Part shown: positions 17,621 to 32,254 of the stretch, in pieces
Position numbering within the stretch: position 1 is the stretch's first letter
Layout of the letters: every line of letters starts with the position of its first letter
Assembly (NCBI RefSeq): GCF_964355755.1
Contig: NC_092671.1
Span: forward strand, 2,852,001-2,916,000
Source: Antedon mediterranea
Lineage: Eukaryota > Animalia > Echinodermata
Reading direction: 5' to 3'
DNA: 64,000 bases
Notes under the pieces: model-generated
The model's database searches: none
What the model was told of the DNA's origin: nothing
What the model saw: the letters and a program-made list of their open reading frames with translations, nothing else
Program-made: the position numbers and the translations under genes

Positions 17621-18412
17621 TCATCGATTTTCTAAATTCAGTAAGATGAAACCATTAACAATTGGATTGATAAATGCATTCACTATTGATAAAATAATTT
17701 GCATATTTTTTGGAATATCTGAGCAGTGCATAAAAATTCCAGAGAAATAAACAAAAATAACACACGTACGTGTTTGGTCCCCATGTGAGCACATACACTG
17801 AAATAATAATAGCAAATGTTTTAAACAATTTTTTAAACTCTTCAATATTATTGGTGCTTAAGTTTGTAGTAAGATTGTTGTACATTAAAATAGTTGCTAA
17901 CAATATTTTTTTTAAATGGTCAGAGAAAAGCAAAAAAAGAAACGGCTTCCATCAACAAGGTATATAATCAGCACATATATGAATGGAATTACTGCAATTG
18001 TAAATGCTACAAAAATGTAACGCTTAAGAGTTACAATAGCATGGTATCTGAGAGGTGCCCACCAGAGCAATGGAACGATCAACAGCTATTGCAGCAATTG
18101 TCAATTCAGAAGAAATCAGAAGACCATTTGAACTATAGGCAGTTATTTTTACAATTGCAGACTTATTGCCTTTTAGAGTCAGTGATGCCGGCATTATTAA
18201 CAAACTTGATGTTGCGTCAAAAATCGCTAGTAGGCCGATGAAAAAATTCTGAATTTTGTGTAATTTTTCATTGGTCAGGTGGCGTATGAAATAATTACAA
18301 GTAGGTTTCCAATGAAACATAATGAACTTATACAGTATAACACCAATCTGGCTTCATCCACAAGACTATACCACCAATGCACACCAGCAGTACAATTTTC
18401 TTCAATAGACAT
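17621..18412 (-). pseudogene. Intronless rhodopsin-like (class A) GPCR pseudogene
   Basis: Minus strand reads MSIEENCTAG...CFIGNLLVIISYAT* (TM1 GN motif). Other frames give NFFIGLLAIFD (TM2), SELTIAAIAVDRSIAL (TM3, DRY-like), KLFKTFAIIISVYVLTWGP (TM6) and VNAFINPIVNGF (TM7). At least three frame disruptions. Confidence 0.85.
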
Positions 18413-19994
18413 ACCTAACGTTCCTTATCTCGTTGTCGGCAAATGTATAGGCCTAAAGTGCATTATATCTTTCTTTCAGTTTGAATAAAAGCAATTCGGA
18501 TGCTAACAATGTTTTTATTTAGTATGACATATAATTATTACTACTTAATTAGTTTCAATGCTATTTTGATTTGATTTTTAAACCCGCTGTCACGTACATC
18601 ATTAAACATCTACATTTTATCGATTCTACTTTAACTGCAAAACTATATTAGTGATGGAAATGTACGTATTTAGCTATTTACGTTATTTGATCTATAATAT
18701 AGATGACGGTACATTTTAAAAGACGAGTGCGTGCAAACATTAATCATTAATCGATCTATCTATCGAGTTTCCATTAGGCATAAGTATTATTATGATTTTT
18801 TAAATTGAAAATAAGCAAATAAAGAGTGAATAAATGAAATAGGTTCGACAAAACTAATTTTATTTTCAATGATTTAAAAAGTTAAACAATTTGTGTACAT
18901 TTAAACATATCTCAATTATGTCTGAATGTCATGCTGTAATTCAGCTTTTTTTCGCATTGTTTACCTGTTTTATTAACTATTATTATCTATTATTATTGTT
19001 GTTGCTTGACCTTACAAGGCCAGTGTACAATCTACTACCGGGTACCCGTCATATGCATTAATAACTAAACTTACAGTAAGGTCATATTTGTTATTGTTTG
19101 GTTTTGATAGGCCTCTTGTGAAACTAAAAATTACGGAATAAGTTGTCATATTGTGATATTATTATGGTGTACATGGTACTTAATGATGTACAGAAAGCTG
19201 GCGCATTCTCGTACCGAAATGCAGAGCCATTTAAAATAAGTTTCTGCCGAAATGCACCGCGCTTCACGCGCGCGTTAACTATAATCACCTTTGTGACGTC
19301 AATGACGAACAGTCGGAAAGTATTTATGTTATGATTTCTGGGAGCTATGTTATAAACTGAAACTAAAGCGATTACGCAATGTAAGCCTATGTAATGTTGG
19401 TTTACATATAGAATTGAATGATGTGTTTTGATTGTTTTCTTTTTAGATATCTCATCAAATGAACTCAAAGGCCATATTGCTGTTATGCACAAATACAATG
19501 AATAAAACATAAGTCCAGGTCCTCTAGATTACAAAGGCGATTATAATTATTACGTGTTTCGGTTTTCCTCCACCAACCATTCGTCGGAATCGTTGCTAGG
19601 CCGCTGGGAACCAATCATGTGGAGGCTACAAAAGGGCTTTAGAAATCGTTCGATGTCATTATATGCAAATTTGAAGACGTGTTTACAATACATAAATGGT
19701 CAGGATCAACAACTCAGTCGGTGGTAGCTTAAACATTTAATAGTGTCCATGAAAAGACTAAAAACAAAACGTCACAGATATCATTATCATGATAGATTTT
19801 AGGCAAGTGAGAATAGAGTTGATCCGATTTGAGAACGTCTACCCACATGCCACAAATTCTCATTGCAACAATAGTTTTTAAATAGGCCTCCTCAGAGTCA
19901 TTAATTAAGAAAGGGGTATTGAAGTACCACATTTCTGACACCAAACATTTATAGCAGGGGAAAATCTCTCGGCAATAATACAATGATAGACGTG

Positions 19995-20160
19995 GGGTAA
20001 TCACTCCGGAGAAAATCACACAAATGGGTATCTCACGGAAGAATTCACATCGTGTACCCCCGGAGAAATTCATACAAATGGGTATCTCCCGGAAGAATTC
20101 AGAAACGGGTGTCCCCTGGAGCAATTCACATAAATAGGGTATCCCCGTGACAAATTTCTC
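19995..20160. repeat. Degenerate ~27-30-bp tandem repeat x~6 (gggtatctcccgga.aaattcacacaaat)
   Basis: Repeated gggt...ccgga...aattca motif. Confidence 0.7.
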
Positions 20161-20433
20161 GATTAGCAAACCACCTGTAGGCGTGACGCAGTTATTGAGA
20201 AATACAACAATAATCAGTTTTTCACTTCCGTATTCTTTTTCTATTGTTATTCAGGAAGATATCACGCTACTCATGCAACCGCAATCTATTTTTTGGATTG
20301 CCAAAAACAAGGTCTTTCTATCGACGTAGTCGTGTGAATGTCTTAAAACGACGTAGCCTCAAATTGAAATATTCTATAAACGTCAAAACAGTCAAAGCAC
20401 TAGATAAAGACAATTCAATTTCACGCGCGATCA

Positions 20434-20695
20434 TGTTTGTACGCGCGCGTGTGTAGCACTGATAGTGTTTGTACGTGCGCGTTGTAATACTGATAATGTT
20501 TGTACGCGCGCGTTGTAATACTGATAGTGTTTGTAAGCGCGTTGTTATACTGATAGTATTTGTACGCGCGCGTTGTAATACTGATAGTGTTTGTGCACGT
20601 AGGTGTTAATACTGGCAGTGTGTGTACGCGCGAGTGTACTACTGATGGTGTTTGTACGCGCCTGTAATATCGATAGTGTTTGTACTCGCGCGTCC
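20434..20695. repeat. ~30-bp tandem repeat x~8-9 (tgtttgtacgcgcgcgttgtaatactgatag), CpG-rich
   Basis: Units visible directly. Confidence 0.85.
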
Positions 20696-22183
20696 CTGTT
20701 ACTGAACATAAAACTATCTATCTATCCGCTTCAGGGTTGTATCCACTTTTATTCTGTTGTATCTTAGTATAAGCGTTTAAGTTTTTATTATTTTTTTCAA
20801 ATATACTATTTAATGACAATTGAATCTTATTTTGATTCATAAGATTATAATAAGTTAGGTATGGTCTGGTAAACTATATTAAAGGAAAAGGAAATAAATA
20901 CACTGGCGTCAAAAACTTATGTCTGTAAAGGCTTAGTAAAATAAGTATACAAAAGCAAGTCGCAACAATATATGTTTTAAAAATAGGCCTCTATATTGGC
21001 CCAAAAAAGCTTGAACATAAATACAGTATTTGTTTTAATAGTTTTACTTTTACTCTTAAATTCAATACTACGCCTATACTAAATAGCATAATTTATAATA
21101 CTGTATCTAATGTTTCTTTAAAAAAATTTAAGTTCTTCAATGGAGGATGTTTTGGTATTGTTATTTTGTGAAGATCAGGAATTGATTGATTGAATTTAAA
21201 TGGTGAATCTGTTTCTCTGTTAATTTTTGTTTACATTCTAAACATTAGCTGAAAAATTAAGTAGTCCATCCGTACAGATGGTTCAATTCAAGAACCACAA
21301 CAATGACGTCATAATCAATGTTTCCACTTGTTGTTTGTTTTCTCAAATACTGTTTAAGATGTCATTGTTTGAATTATGTTCCCATGCGGCCGGTCATAGA
21401 CCTCATATCGTCGCCTGTCACTATAATTGAGAAAGAACATTCGGATGAAAATGTTAACAATTAGGCCTATTTGAATTAAATAATAATGATTACGGTCAGT
21501 CACAAAATTGAAGTGAAGATTATTGTTATCATATTATTGTAAAAAACTCAACATTACATTAATGTCAGCTTCATTTCTTGATTTAAGCAATACCCCAACC
21601 GCCAACCTTTCCCTATCAATCACGACCCCAACCCCACCAATCATGACCCCCACCCCACCAATCACGACCCCCCCCCCCCCCCCCAATTTAAAAATCATGG
21701 CCGTTGCTTCCTAGATTCCATGTTATATAGTTATGAAATAAATAACGACGAATATGCCTACTTAACATATCACAAAAAAATTAACTGGTGGTTTTGAGCA
21801 GAAATATCTATCACTAATTTTCACACGAAATAATCTTACGATAGAAAGAAAAACATCCATTATGAGTCCATACTGGTCCTAACTGGAAACCCATAATGAA
21901 CTATGTTGTAATACACACTAACCATGACGTCAATTGTTTGTACTGTACTTTCGTTTTATGTTATAAAACCTACCACGGAGTCTTCGATTAATATTAATTC
22001 AATTTAAAAAAAAATATTATTTTTAATCATTTATTATTCCAAATAATGTGTTATTCTATGTAATATAATATATATAATAATAATTGCATTTTCCCACTGT
22101 TATGTGGAGATGTTTATCCCCTATATCATAAACGCTTATATGAGAAGAGTTCAATCACCTTCGATTGCGTAACATATCGAAGC

Positions 22184-22190
22184 TATAAAA
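22184..22190 (+). promoter_or_regulatory. Candidate TATA box of the SLC16-like gene
   Basis: gcTATAAAAgag about 125 bp upstream of the ATG at 22311. Confidence 0.45.
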
Positions 22191-22310
22191 GAGCCAAACA
22201 GCTGATCGCGCTTTGTTTCTCGTTAGTCGGCTGTGGACCGCGTTAGGCCTAATAACTGTCAAAAGATTGCTGTCGAAAAGACTGATATTCTGCTGTCAAA
22301 CACCATCAAC

Positions 22311-25300
22311 ATGGGCCTACAACACGCGCTGTACAACAACTGGGGCTGGGTGCTGGTTATCTGCTCATTTGTCATCACCATTCCTCTTCATGGAATCGAA
22401 TACAGTTACAATTCGTTAATGGTCTGGTTTCAAGATGAATTCGGTACAAGCAAATCTGAAACAGGTACGAACACTTTTTCTAAGATTAGTAATAATTCAT
22501 ATTTTACTCATGTATTTCATCATTTAATTTTATATTTTAGTGTAAATATAGGTTAATAATTAATTATCATAAAAAATAGTTATGATAACTAATTAATGTT
22601 TATGTTAATTATTTTAGGTCTATAATGCATATTTTACTACGGTTAAACTTGGATTCTCTATTGTTTTATAAACCATTAAAAAAAAGTCTCCGAAGTCTCT
22701 CTAAAATGTTTTTATATTTTTAAAATATTCATTTTGTTATGTAGTAGGCCTACTGTATCATGCATTAGGCCTAACATTAAGACATTCATTCATATTCAAT
22801 TATTACTATACTACGTTTTGTTTTATAAACCATAAAAAGTCTCTCTAAAATGTTGTTAATTTTAAAAATATTCATTACAACATATTTCATTTTGTTATGT
22901 AATATCATGCAAATACCTAACATTATTAAGACATTACTACATCATTATACAGGATCGTATTAAAAAGATAATTGCCTTCCGTAATGTATCTTTTTTAAAG
23001 ACCATTGTCTAAGGACCTGAGTTAGACAAAGGCACCTGTAATAGAATATCTTAATTTTTTAAGCAAACACCATTACAGAGCCTTAATTTTGATGACCTAT
23101 AACATTTTAATTAATTTCTATACAGAGGGTTATTTAATTTTGATGTGGCTAGATTCATCCAGTTTTAGCCATCAAACTATTATTAAAGAATTCACATTCA
23201 GTTGATTACACCACATACATAGTCAGCATACACAAAGCATGGACATTTCGTCAAAAATTTCGCAATTCTTAGTAATTGTTATTAGGCCTATTAACCGTTT
23301 ATTTCACAATAGATCCTTTCAGAATAGAACTGGTAGAACTTCACATTTAAATGAGAAGTTCTAATCAGCCAATCAGATACGAATATTTTTTGTTACTAAG
23401 GGTTTTTTTTTCTCCTCTCCTTAAATTGCAATTTTTGACGCATTAAAAGGTTCGAAGTCCGAAGTCGAATCTATAATCTATTGTCAAGGTAAATTAATGT
23501 TACCAGGCTTGTTATTAATTAATCTAAAGCCATACCCGGCTGTTAAAAAAAGTCGTATAACTGTTACTAATTTTTATTATACCAGCTTATAATTTTGCCT
23601 GCCACCTAATCTTTAAACGTCTTACGATACGAGAGGCTTATATTGGCCTATTCCTAATTTGCATACGATTTTTTCTCGGTTCATGTTCTTGACCAATCAC
23701 TAACGTAATTTTCTTGTTGCTATGCTTGACCATGGATGAATACAATAGACCTAACAATGATTTTATTTTGTTTTGTGAGGAAGTAAAGAGGCCAGTGGTT
23801 AATGCATATTTCATTGTTAATTCAATATGCGGATAATTTGTTCTAATACGGTATTAATTATGTGATTCTCCTGCAAATTGATTTTATAAATGTCAGATTT
23901 TGAAAATTATTCCGGAAAAATCTATTGTCTTTAATATACTGAATATTCATTTTCTTAATCTTTATACAGTGTATATGTGTTTGATTCTCTTTATAAATGT
24001 CAAATTTTGAAAATCATTATACAGTAAACTTCAGGACATATTCGTGACACCTTCGGGACACCTTCGGGATCGACCTACAAAGTGTATATGGGCCGTTTTC
24101 ATTTTAGGCCTATGTTAAAACAAAAATGTATCATTCGTTCGTTTCACAGGAAAGTGTCCCGGGGTGTCCATTAAATGGTGGTGACCCGAAAGGGGACTTA
24201 GTGTCTAATTAAAAATAGTATTGCGTATACACATTGAAATTATTTTAGGCGATTATCTTTTTAATGATATGAATCTATGGAATTAATTTGTGATTCATCC
24301 AAATCAAAATTAGTAAAACGTTAAATTATTAAAGTTTGACCTATGGAACCATAACAAAGTGGATGGCCAAGGACACGAGCGGACACAAATAACTATTGTT
24401 GTCTTATGTTTATAACGATTGGTAGGCTAATTAACCTATCCAGGTAACCAGTGTATACGCATGCGCAATTAATTAGCATACAATCGTCTAATACATTGCC
24501 TATATTAGGCGAGTATACTTTGGATTGCCTTGGTAATTCGGTATTGTAAAGTAATTTAATGCTCTATAGGTTGCAAAGGGCTCACTAGCGCATCCTGACT
24601 TTCAGCACCACTTACAAGAATAACCAATACATGTTGGCTGTAATCTTTCGCAATGACATCCGCATATCCCGTTGTTTTCGTTAAAGGAAATACCAGCTAA
24701 TAATCTATTTTTACAATACAATAAATAACCTGGCTGCGACACATATTTGACAGTATATTGATCGTTTCGAAATATACACTTTATGTTGATCATTTTGATA
24801 AGAACATGAAACTGATAATGTGTCACGTGCTTGAAACATTATAAAGTGACATTAGTCATGTGAACATCACGTGGGCTCGTTATCACCTAATAAGATTATG
24901 ATGATCATCAAAACACCATTTTTAATAGGCCTTATACATAATGACACATTGTTAATGGAAGGTGGGAAGGGTGGGGAGGGGATAATTAATAATTTGGTTA
25001 TGACGAACCTATATAATACTTTGAGTATACAAAAAACTTAAAGTTTACAATAAACAACATAGGCTTACGTTTATTATAGTATCAATTTTAAAATATGTTT
25101 TTATAATTTTCTAATTAAAGACGCCGACTATATTTTAAAATTATGAAAACACTTTTTATCAACTTAATATCATTTTATATTTTTCAGGTTTGGCAGGAAC
25201 CATCGCGATTGGACTTTTGTCTTTGTCGTCACCGATCTCGTTCTACCTCATGGAATACTTTTCAACGCGTGCCATTGTCATGCTCGGCATGGCTATGTGT

Positions 25301-28300
25301 TCCGCTGGACTTTTCGCATCCTCATTCGTGACGTCACTCCCGTACCTGTACTTCACGTATGGCGTAATGTACGGAATGGGTTCAAACTTCGCACACGTAC
25401 CAGGTTTAGCGTTAATTATTAAATATTTTCCTAAGAAACACACCGTCAGTTCTACGTGCATTGCGCAACTCGGTGCAAGTGTTGGTAAGTAACCTTTCCT
25501 CCACACACACACGCACACCCACCCACCACCCCCCACCCACACACAACTACCACACGTCATTTGACTTTAAGACTAGGCCTACACGAAAAAAGATAAGCTC
25601 ATACGCTATCGCAGTTTCGCAGTAGCGTCAACCTTAACTGCGCCCAACACAAATGCATTATTTGGTCTATTTGGGAACTAATGACAATATCATGAATGAC
25701 AATGGATACAAGTTAGTGATTACAAGTAAACAATACGAGTACGATTTCATCCTAATTGTCCAAGCCTGCCAACTTCCTTAAAATTAATTGTACCTTATCA
25801 AACAGCATTTTTAATTGCGTGCTGAGTGACGGATGACTATACAACGTCATCAATTACCTCCCTAACTTAATGAATCGTTCACAATGAAATTAAACTATTA
25901 ACTTAACTAAAACCAATGAAGTTGAAAATGAAATAATTCCTATAAAAGAACAAAGTCAACAATTACAACCCCAACCCCCTCGGCCAAACATTGTGTAAGA
26001 AAAAACAACGTAAATATAATTGGTTAGGAATAGAATATCATGCTATAATACCTACAGTCTAGGTCCTAAACGGCGTTTTGGCTTAATTTTGGTAAAAATA
26101 TAAACATTTTGCCACATTTGGCGTTTCATACTTGTGGCACCTTTCGTAAAGAAATACAAAAAAGACAACACTTGGTCCACAATCTAAACGAAACAGTTTT
26201 GTATCAGACCTCCATCTTTAATACCATTATGATCGACGGTAGTTTCTTCTTTGTATTTACTTTATCGTTATATTTTCAATAGGTGTGATTGCACTGCCAG
26301 TAATCGTTGAGACAATGTTTGGTCAACTTGGATGGAGAGTTTCCCTAAGGATTTTTGCCGGAGTTCTACTGATGACGGGAACGCTGGGAATTGTGTTCGT
26401 ACCCCCATCAGCAGTCGATGAACGCCGAAATTCCAAAGAGATTGAATCTCTGAAAGACCCTGAAAAGGACAGAGCCATGCTGGAGAAACAAGGCCTAGAA
26501 AAAATTGAATTACCAAAGAAAAGTTTCGTCAAACGATACAAGGATTTTATGTCTCAAACTAAGTTCTGGGTGACAGAACTGCTATTCTTCACAATGGCAG
26601 TCGGAGTGACAATGAGTTTAACGAATATTGTAAGCATTAGAACGAAATATAACCATAACAAATGATTGAACGTCATGCGCAAGCGCTGGATTCAAATTTA
26701 CATTCACGATGGCGCGCGTAAGCACAACTCAAGTGAGTTCCGCCAATCAGGTCAGGTGAACTAACGCTTGACATTGGCGCGATCACGTCCTTGTATTGCT
26801 TCCAAATGGGAACCAAGCTTCATAGTTATTAGACAATGTTTCCGCAATTTTCTGAATTAAACAGAAATTATATTTTTGTTTTGCCAAAAGATAATTGTAA
26901 ATTTCCTAAAAACAGAATTATTTTGATATTATCGTAACTCGATTATAGGATATTATTGTAACTGATTATGTTTTCAACATGACGTGTGAACTTCATTCAA
27001 GCCAAACTAATTTGTGTCTTTGGTTTTTTTTCTTCTTCTAGGGAAGCTTTCTATCCGAGACGTCATTAAGCGAAGACATGCAGGTTTTGGTGTTAAGTGT
27101 GATGGGTACCGGTGATTTGGCTGCCCGATTGTTTGTCGCCATTTTTGTCGAGCGTCTTCCATTTTCTAGGACAACATATTTCAGTATTTCCTGCCTTATT
27201 GCTGGTGTTCCTTTCTTTTTCTTAGTTGCTGCGTCCGATTCAGTTCCACTTCTTATTGGACTATTAATTTGTAAGTTAATGTTATGATTAAATGTAGACC
27301 TATTAGTACTAATAAATTGAATAAGATTTCAACCATCCCAATTGACAAGTTAGACGATTGATTGAAACTGATGTTCTCCACTCTAGGCGAATCTATTCGC
27401 GCGAATAAACCATTCCTGCACTCAAAAGCTTTGTCCCCACTATAGGAGCCTTGCAACGTACGGAAGAACATACACAAGTATAATTTGACCAATCACAACG
27501 CGACGATGAATCTTATCTATCGCGTCGTCATTGGATCAAATTTACGTTGCGCTTACGTCTTTGCGCATTATTTTCGTGATAAAGTATATGAAATGAATAC
27601 GCATGCGCATAAACCAATGTTTTCTTTGAAAAACATTCTTCACTCGCAAATATGCTTTTGCTAAATGAAGTAAAAATTTTGATAATGGATGGTATGGATT
27701 AAAAACCAAACTTATTGGGCGGAAAAGATTCGTTTACATCCGATCGTTAAAATACTCTTAATCATGTTTTAAAAATCATGCGACGACCTAATCATATTCT
27801 CTACTTGGCACGATAATACAACCCACAGTTATTAATTTATATCATACTAATTGAATGTATTTTTTTTCTTTCTTGCAGTAATTAATTTTGGTAGAGGTAG
27901 CTTATTTGGTATGATTGTTTCTGTCGGCGTGGAGATTTTTGGCGCGGAAAATTCAGACGAGTCAACAACAAGCGTATTCTTTGCGTTTGGTCTCGGTGGT
28001 CTGCTCGCTGCTCCTGTCGGTGGTAAGTAAACAAAAATTTAAAATTGTTTCAACATCAAACAATGTTGACCTTTTTTATATAATAAAACAATAAATAGAA
28101 TCCAACATTTAGGACACCGGGATACAATATATTCATGGTATAACACTAAGACAGCCAACCCTCTACTCGAAGAGGGACACTGTCCCGAAAGTGTCCCCTT
28201 TATAGGGGTCCTAGTAATAGTATAATTTGTAAATTCAGCAAAAGTCAGCAAAAGGCATACCGTATTACGACAAAACAATGTAATGTCATATTTTTTCATC

Positions 28301-28604
28301 AACAACGACGTCCTAGATAACGACGACGGTACTGTTTGATATTTAAACAAAATGTTAAACATTTCGTTATTTTTTTTCTTTTTTAGGTGCAATTTCCGAT
28401 GCAACAGGAACATACATGGCAACTTTCTACTTTTGTGGTACATTGTGTGTGTTAGCGTTTGTAATTGCAACCATTCTTGCGAAGTTAAGACGGAATGCTA
28501 AGTACAAACTATACGAAGCTTCCACCGAATCACCGATCGTCTACGTTTTCCCGGGCGTAAGCAGCGGAGCTGAAGAATACGAAACGTATATCACGTCAGT
28601 TTAA
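22311..28604 (+). CDS. Monocarboxylate transporter (SLC16/MCT family, MFS), ~462 aa. Exons 22311-22464, 25188-25484, 26283-26629, 27042-27270, 27879-28022, 28387-28604
   Basis: All introns are GT-AG with consistent phases; 1389 nt in total. Motifs: NWGWVLVICSF (TM1), SLPYLYFTYGVMYGMG, KYFPKK, LGWRVSLRI, GDLAARL (TM8 DxxxR), APVGGAISDATGTY. AATAAA follows near 28718. Confidence 0.92.
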
Positions 28605-28693
28605 GTGGGCCTACAATCGAAACATATATCACGACAGTTTAAGTGTGCCTACAACCGAAACGTATAGGCCTATCACGTCCGTGGGCCTACAAC
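28580..28693. repeat. 38-bp tandem triplication spanning the MCT stop codon
   Basis: cgaaacgtatatcacgtcagtttaagtgggcctacaa. repeated three times; the third copy is degenerate. Confidence 0.8.
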
Positions 28694-29821
28694 CGCGCCC
28701 TTATCGTCCAAACTCGCAATAAAAATAAATGAACGTTATGTACACGCATTTATCATGTATATAGTTGTTAACTTATTCGCTTTATACCTCTTTTTATATT
28801 TTGTAAGAAGTGTAGATATTAGAAAGACAAAAACGCCGTTATTTTGTTATCGTCTTGCCAATAACAAAATTGTCAAAGAGCAATGAAAAATTGAAAATGA
28901 AAAGTGCGTATAATGATTAATATAAGAGCCTTGTAGTAAAATAAATTTTGAAATATGGAATAGTTTTTTTAGTAATACTATTTTTAATATAAAATTATTT
29001 TTACAATTGATTGATGCCGTGAACCAGTAGCAGAAATGTTACTATTTTTAAAGAATATTTTTTATATACTAAACTATGTTACTGTGTTTCCAATACACCT
29101 TTTATAATGTTGTTATTTTGTTAGTAGAAATGTAAAGAATTTCCTTCCGGTTATAATATAAAGACCAGCAATAACTTTACATTTCAAAAATTTAATATCA
29201 ATAATAAAAGGGTATTGACGTTATGTGCTAATTTGTTTGAAGTAATGTGTTAATTATTTATAAGACAAATATGGAAAAGTAAATCGTTGGATGTTTATTT
29301 AAATATAAACAGTGATATTAAATAATGAATAACAATCTACTATTGACACTACTGCAGTAAATGTCATGTTATGATCCAGTAACTTTCCATACAATATGTA
29401 TAGGATACTCTTTATTGAAATTGACGCATAAACGCTGCAAAAGCCATACAATTTCTGCAGACATTAATACATTTACTGCAGTAATAGTAGCGATTGTTTT
29501 GAAAACAGATTATTATTTTTTGTCTTGATTAGTTTTTAAAAGTTTGTCTACAATATTAAATATCTACACTGTGCATTCCTTTTTACAGTAAATTATCTTA
29601 GGTCTATTATTTGTGAATTAAAATAGATATATATTGTTATGTTGCCTACTGCCTTACACACATTGAAAGGCTTAAATTATCTATGAATTAACTGTACGTT
29701 TTTTTCTATATTTTAGACATTTTTGTATAATGATAACAGTCTTAAGTGATAGTATTTTATTGTAATCACTTTAAGAAACCTGTTATAAAATTAAATTTTG
29801 ACAGTTTATAGTATGTTTAAT

Positions 29822-29855
29822 CATGGAGGTATAATATATATTTTATACCTCCATG
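29822..29855. mobile_element. 34-bp palindrome with perfect 7-bp TSD; putative P-element excision footprint
   Basis: gtttaat|catggaggtataatatatattttatacctccatg|gtttaat. Confidence 0.65.
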
Positions 29856-31319
29856 GTTTAATCATAGAATGAACTATTATTATTAATAAAGTGACACGAC
29901 TACTAACTACAGTATTATTGTTGTTTATATGTGTTGCGTTACTATGCCGTTCCGTGATCTCAATACAACGACGACATGTTAGCTTAATTCAGAACTTAAT
30001 CACATTGATGGACTACTAATCAAGTACATAACATTCACTGACCCACCAGTACCAGCAATGAACCCCGGATACTAAGATTACAACGTATTTATTACCAGTG
30101 TGCATTACGTAACTAGTTTAAATTAATCACGCATAAAGCTACATTCACACTTGTTGCGTTTTACGGAACGGAAAACGGAACAATGGAAAATCATATTATA
30201 CAGAATTGAACGGCGTCGTCTTCCGTTCCGTGAAACGGATGAATTACGATGAGTTGAACTAGCGCCATCACAATTGTTAGGCCTATAAGTTATTGTTTTC
30301 AAATATTCTTAATAATAAAATAATTGTTTTTTTTTTCTTTCTATGAAACCTTCTTTTATAAAAAAAATGATCACAAAAATATAGGTAGAAAGAAATTGGC
30401 ATCCTTTAAGAGCATGTGTGTAAGAGCATGTGTGTAAGGAGCCTTATCGATAACAAAATTCAAATAATAAAATAATACAATATTTTGTGTGTACAGAAAA
30501 TGGAAGAAGAACTTAAAGACCTAGGCCTACTTAGTACTTGTTTTTTTTTTTTTTTTTTGCGCGCTTAATTTATATAAACTTAACAAAGTTAAGTCATTCG
30601 GCATGAGAGGGCGTACTACGATTTAATTACAACATACGGTAATAATAATACAAAAAATTGTATTATGGCGGTGTAACTTTAGTTGGCCTGAAGCATGGTT
30701 GGACGCAACGCTTCGACGTAGGCGCGCCTCAAGTGAGTTGACCAATCAGGTCCATCGAATCGTGATTGGTCAAGTCCAACCAAGCCGGAGGCTAATTAGC
30801 AATGACCGACAAAGATACATTGTAAAGAAACACAAATACAAACCCAAAACGTAGGCCTAATTTAGAACGAAGTCATTCCTTGATTAAATATGAATAATTA
30901 ATCTGTATGTGACTATTTCTGGAAATTAACATATTTCAGGCCATATTAATGGTTATATTAATATTGATATTATGAATTAACCTTTTCTGGGTAAATCTCA
31001 GTGGATTATTAATAAATACTTCATTGACTATGACAAATATAAGGTACTTTGCATTGTACACTGTAAAGCAAATTAAAAAGAATATTAATGCTTAAATTAT
31101 AAAGAAAGAAGGGATGGGAGGGAGTAAATTAATTAGTTAGAAGGAAGAACCGACTCGGTAATCTATGGATTAAGGTTATTTTGGCGGTCCACACATCGAT
31201 ACGTCATCAATGACGTCAAATGCATAATGACGAATCAACAGGGTATTACAATAAATATTCTTTCTTTGAATTTCAGTTTGGTTTGTGATATAAGATATAT
31301 TTAAAAATAATTTTTACAA

Positions 31320-31617
31320 ATTTTCTTGATGAATATGCCACTTTAATGTCACATAATAGCTATTGACCTTGACCTAAATTTGGATCGAAAAAAAAAATTA
31401 TTTACTTGAACAAATTTAAAGCAAGAAATATTCAAATTGGTTTTTGGTTGAATTTAATACGGTAGTTTATTTTGTCTTTTTATAAACGAAAACATATTTT
31501 TTTGTAATTATTTTTTCTACGGAAGTGATTAACTTTATTAAACTATAAAATGGCCTATTCAGAGTCTTAAAAAAAAAAAAAATCTTCATTTTCATGTTTT
31601 TGGGGGACAATACATCT
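31320..31617. mobile_element. Non-autonomous Kolobok-like element, left end lost
   Basis: Collinear homology with 56670-56967; ends gggggacaatacatct|ttaa. Confidence 0.65.
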
Positions 31618-31781
31618 TTAACTAAAACAGTGGAAATTTGGATTAGGCCCACTCACAAACCCACGGCACACCCGACATTACAGCACCCATCCAGACCACC
31701 ACATCGGCAGACGACACCCTAACTCTTTTCGAATAGTGTACCATGAGAGGAACTAAATAATTCCTCCATAAAGTTCTATAA

Positions 31782-31930
31782 AGCCCTGTCTACACTATAA
31801 AACTAGTTTGACAAAAATTTTGTAATGTGCCCAAATATGGTAGTGATATGCTTAAATATGACATCATCATGTCTATATATGGGCACATCACATTTTTTGT
31901 CACATACAATTTGATAGTGTAAACAGAGCT
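31782..31930. mobile_element. MITE family A, copy 3
   Basis: taa|agccctgtctacactataaaact...tttgatagtgtaaacagagct|tta. Confidence 0.75.
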
Positions 31931-32254
31931 TTAGATGACTACTACAATTGATTCAATATCCGTGAATGTACATCCGGTTCTGTATAATTAACCTATTGTT
32001 GTATATTTATAGCACTGCAAATATTTACAGTTACAATGTCGTAAATGCAAACATTCATTTAATTCAGACATTCATAAAGTGTGTTTATTGCGTAATAGTA
32101 GACCCTATTTATTTGTTAGAAGGGGATATGCTAGACAGACCTTTATTTATCATTTCAAACACATTTCAAACATTAAAATATTCATGCTATTAAAACTTAA
32201 TTAATTTTGATATCAGTCATTTAAACAGTCACACATTTTCAATCTCTAAGGTGG

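Noticed and set aside
19124-20456. 128-146-aa ORFs near the 20-kb repeats
   Set aside because: Partly repeat-derived, with no motifs or splice support.
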